A stretch of 64,000 nt of DNA, taken from assembly GCA_039584255.1 (NCBI GenBank), contig JBDGYE010000005.1:1869-65868 (forward strand), given 5' to 3'. Shown piece after piece: positions 63,273 to 64,000 of this stretch. A program made the position numbers and the translations under genes. Origin of the DNA: Gemmatimonadota bacterium (GTDB lineage Bacteria; Gemmatimonadota; Gemmatimonadetes; Palauibacterales; Palauibacteraceae). Below the pieces are notes generated by a model that saw only the letters and a program-made list of their open reading frames with translations, was not told where the DNA came from and did no database searches. Positions within the stretch are counted from its first letter, which is position 1, and each line of letters opens with the position of its first letter.

Positions 63273-63983
63273 TCAGCTTCCGCTCATCTGCGAGGGCTTG
63301 ACTTCCTCCTCGTACCACTCGCTGTGGTGCTCCTTTACCTCTTCCTCCGGCATCCGACCCGTCAGCCAGGTCCAGCTCATCGGATATACGTCGGGATGGA
63401 AAATCACGAAGAAGAAGTGCCACACGACGATGGCCAGGGTCGCCAGCCAGGCCTCATAGAAGTGCACCGTCTGAGAAGCCGAGACGATCCAGTACGGAAA
63501 AATCCGCACCGAGGCCTGCGGAAACCACAGCACCAGCCCGGTAAACACCATGAGCAGCGTTCCCCAGATGAGGGCCCAGTACTCCGCCTTCGCTGGATAC
63601 CCAAAGCGACCGAAGCGAGCCTTGTCACGGCTCCGCCAGGTGTGGAAGCGGATGTTGTCGGCCAGATCCCGGAAGTCCTTCATCGCCGGCAGCATATCAC
63701 TTAGAACCCGGCGGCCTCGCCGTATGCTGAGCAGGTACGTGCCATGCCAGACGGACACCACCATCAGAGCGACACCGGCGACGCGATGGACGGTGGAGCG
63801 CACGGTCTCGCCCAGCCCGAGCTCGCCCGCCGCTTGGACCCAGAACGCGTCCGGGTACCGCAGAGCGAATCCCGTAATCACCAGCACGATGAAGGAAACG
63901 GCGAGGAGCATGTGCTGGATGAGCTCGCTCCGCTGGAAGAAGACAATCCCTCCCTCGCGCCGCTCCGCCCGCCGCTTCTCCAC
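63273..63983 (-). CDS. dihaem b-type cytochrome, HydC/FdnI/PhsC-like (Ni/Fe-hydrogenase / formate dehydrogenase gamma-subunit family)
   Basis: Four TM helices with conserved His positions (…HMLLAVSF…H.VAGVALMVVSVWHG… …HFYEAWLATLAIVVWHFFF). A GTG start at 63981-63983 is possible. The ORF is open to the window edge, so the true start may be outside. Confidence 0.65.
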   Translation of the reverse strand: MEKRRAERREGGIVFFQRSELIQHMLLAVSFIVLVITGFALRYPDAFWVQAAGELGLGETVRSTVHRVAGVALMVVSVWHGTYLLSIRRGRRVLSDMLPAMKDFRDLADNIRFHTWRSRDKARFGRFGYPAKAEYWALIWGTLLMVFTGLVLWFPQASVRIFPYWIVSASQTVHFYEAWLATLAIVVWHFFFVIFHPDVYPMSWTWLTGRMPEEEVKEHHSEWYEEEVKPSQMSGS

Positions 63984-64000
63984 CAGGTAGTAGTTGATGA

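Noticed and set aside
1-64000. CRISPR arrays, IS elements/transposases, integrases, tRNA or rRNA genes
   Set aside because: None were recognised. I saw no short direct-repeat arrays, no DDE/tyrosine-recombinase motifs among the ORFs, and no tRNA cloverleaf or rRNA-like conserved segments by eye. The only strong repeat is the intragenic one at 56631-56849.

Overview
This is a very GC-rich bacterial chromosomal segment (about 68-70% GC by eye) with densely packed genes, many with 4-nt ATGA stop/start overlaps. The GC bias fills the six-frame track with long spurious antisense ORFs; I called genes only where the translation shows recognisable family motifs. The first ~42 kb is housekeeping and accessory content: a TetR/SDR pair, a J-domain protein, a B12-binding radical SAM enzyme, a GNAT, a Hanks-type Ser/Thr kinase, a rbsK–nucleoside hydrolase–VOC salvage operon, a CopC-CopD fusion, two secreted beta-propeller proteins, RlpA, a ~1075-aa peptidase-MA/PD40/beta-barrel protein, a holin-family protein next to a Pelota/eRF1-like (baeRF) protein, an M16 peptidase pair, NfuA, PRODH, pyrE, Fur, RtcB with archease, fumC, a Gld-like ABC-2/GldG/DUF4340 transporter, DPP-IV and QueE. 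The last ~21.5 kb (42.6-64 kb) is an unusually dense multihaem-cytochrome respiratory island. It holds (i) an ACIII-like/Psr-like module (pentahaem c, Tat molybdopterin subunit, FeS subunit, NrfD-like subunit, 4x monohaem c) followed by an octahaem c + FeS + second NrfD module; (ii) a Rieske/cytochrome b complex with a membrane-anchored nonahaem c and a second 4x monohaem c; (iii) a small tetrahaem c with a near-identical internal tandem duplication; and (iv) at the window edge, a 16-haem c translationally coupled to a ~490-aa outer-membrane beta-barrel, a 19-haem c fused to a HydC/FdnI-like dihaem b domain, and a standalone paralogous dihaem b. I count roughly 69 CXXCH motifs in 22 kb. Cluster (iv) is the most likely candidate for an undescribed system, and I read it as a porin-cytochrome electron conduit with a CbcL-like inner-membrane quinol oxidase. 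Three genes (MOSC, nucleoside hydrolase, a cytochrome c peroxidase-like fragment) are frameshifted or truncated, which is either genuine decay or assembly error. I recognised no rRNA, tRNA or CRISPR array by eye.
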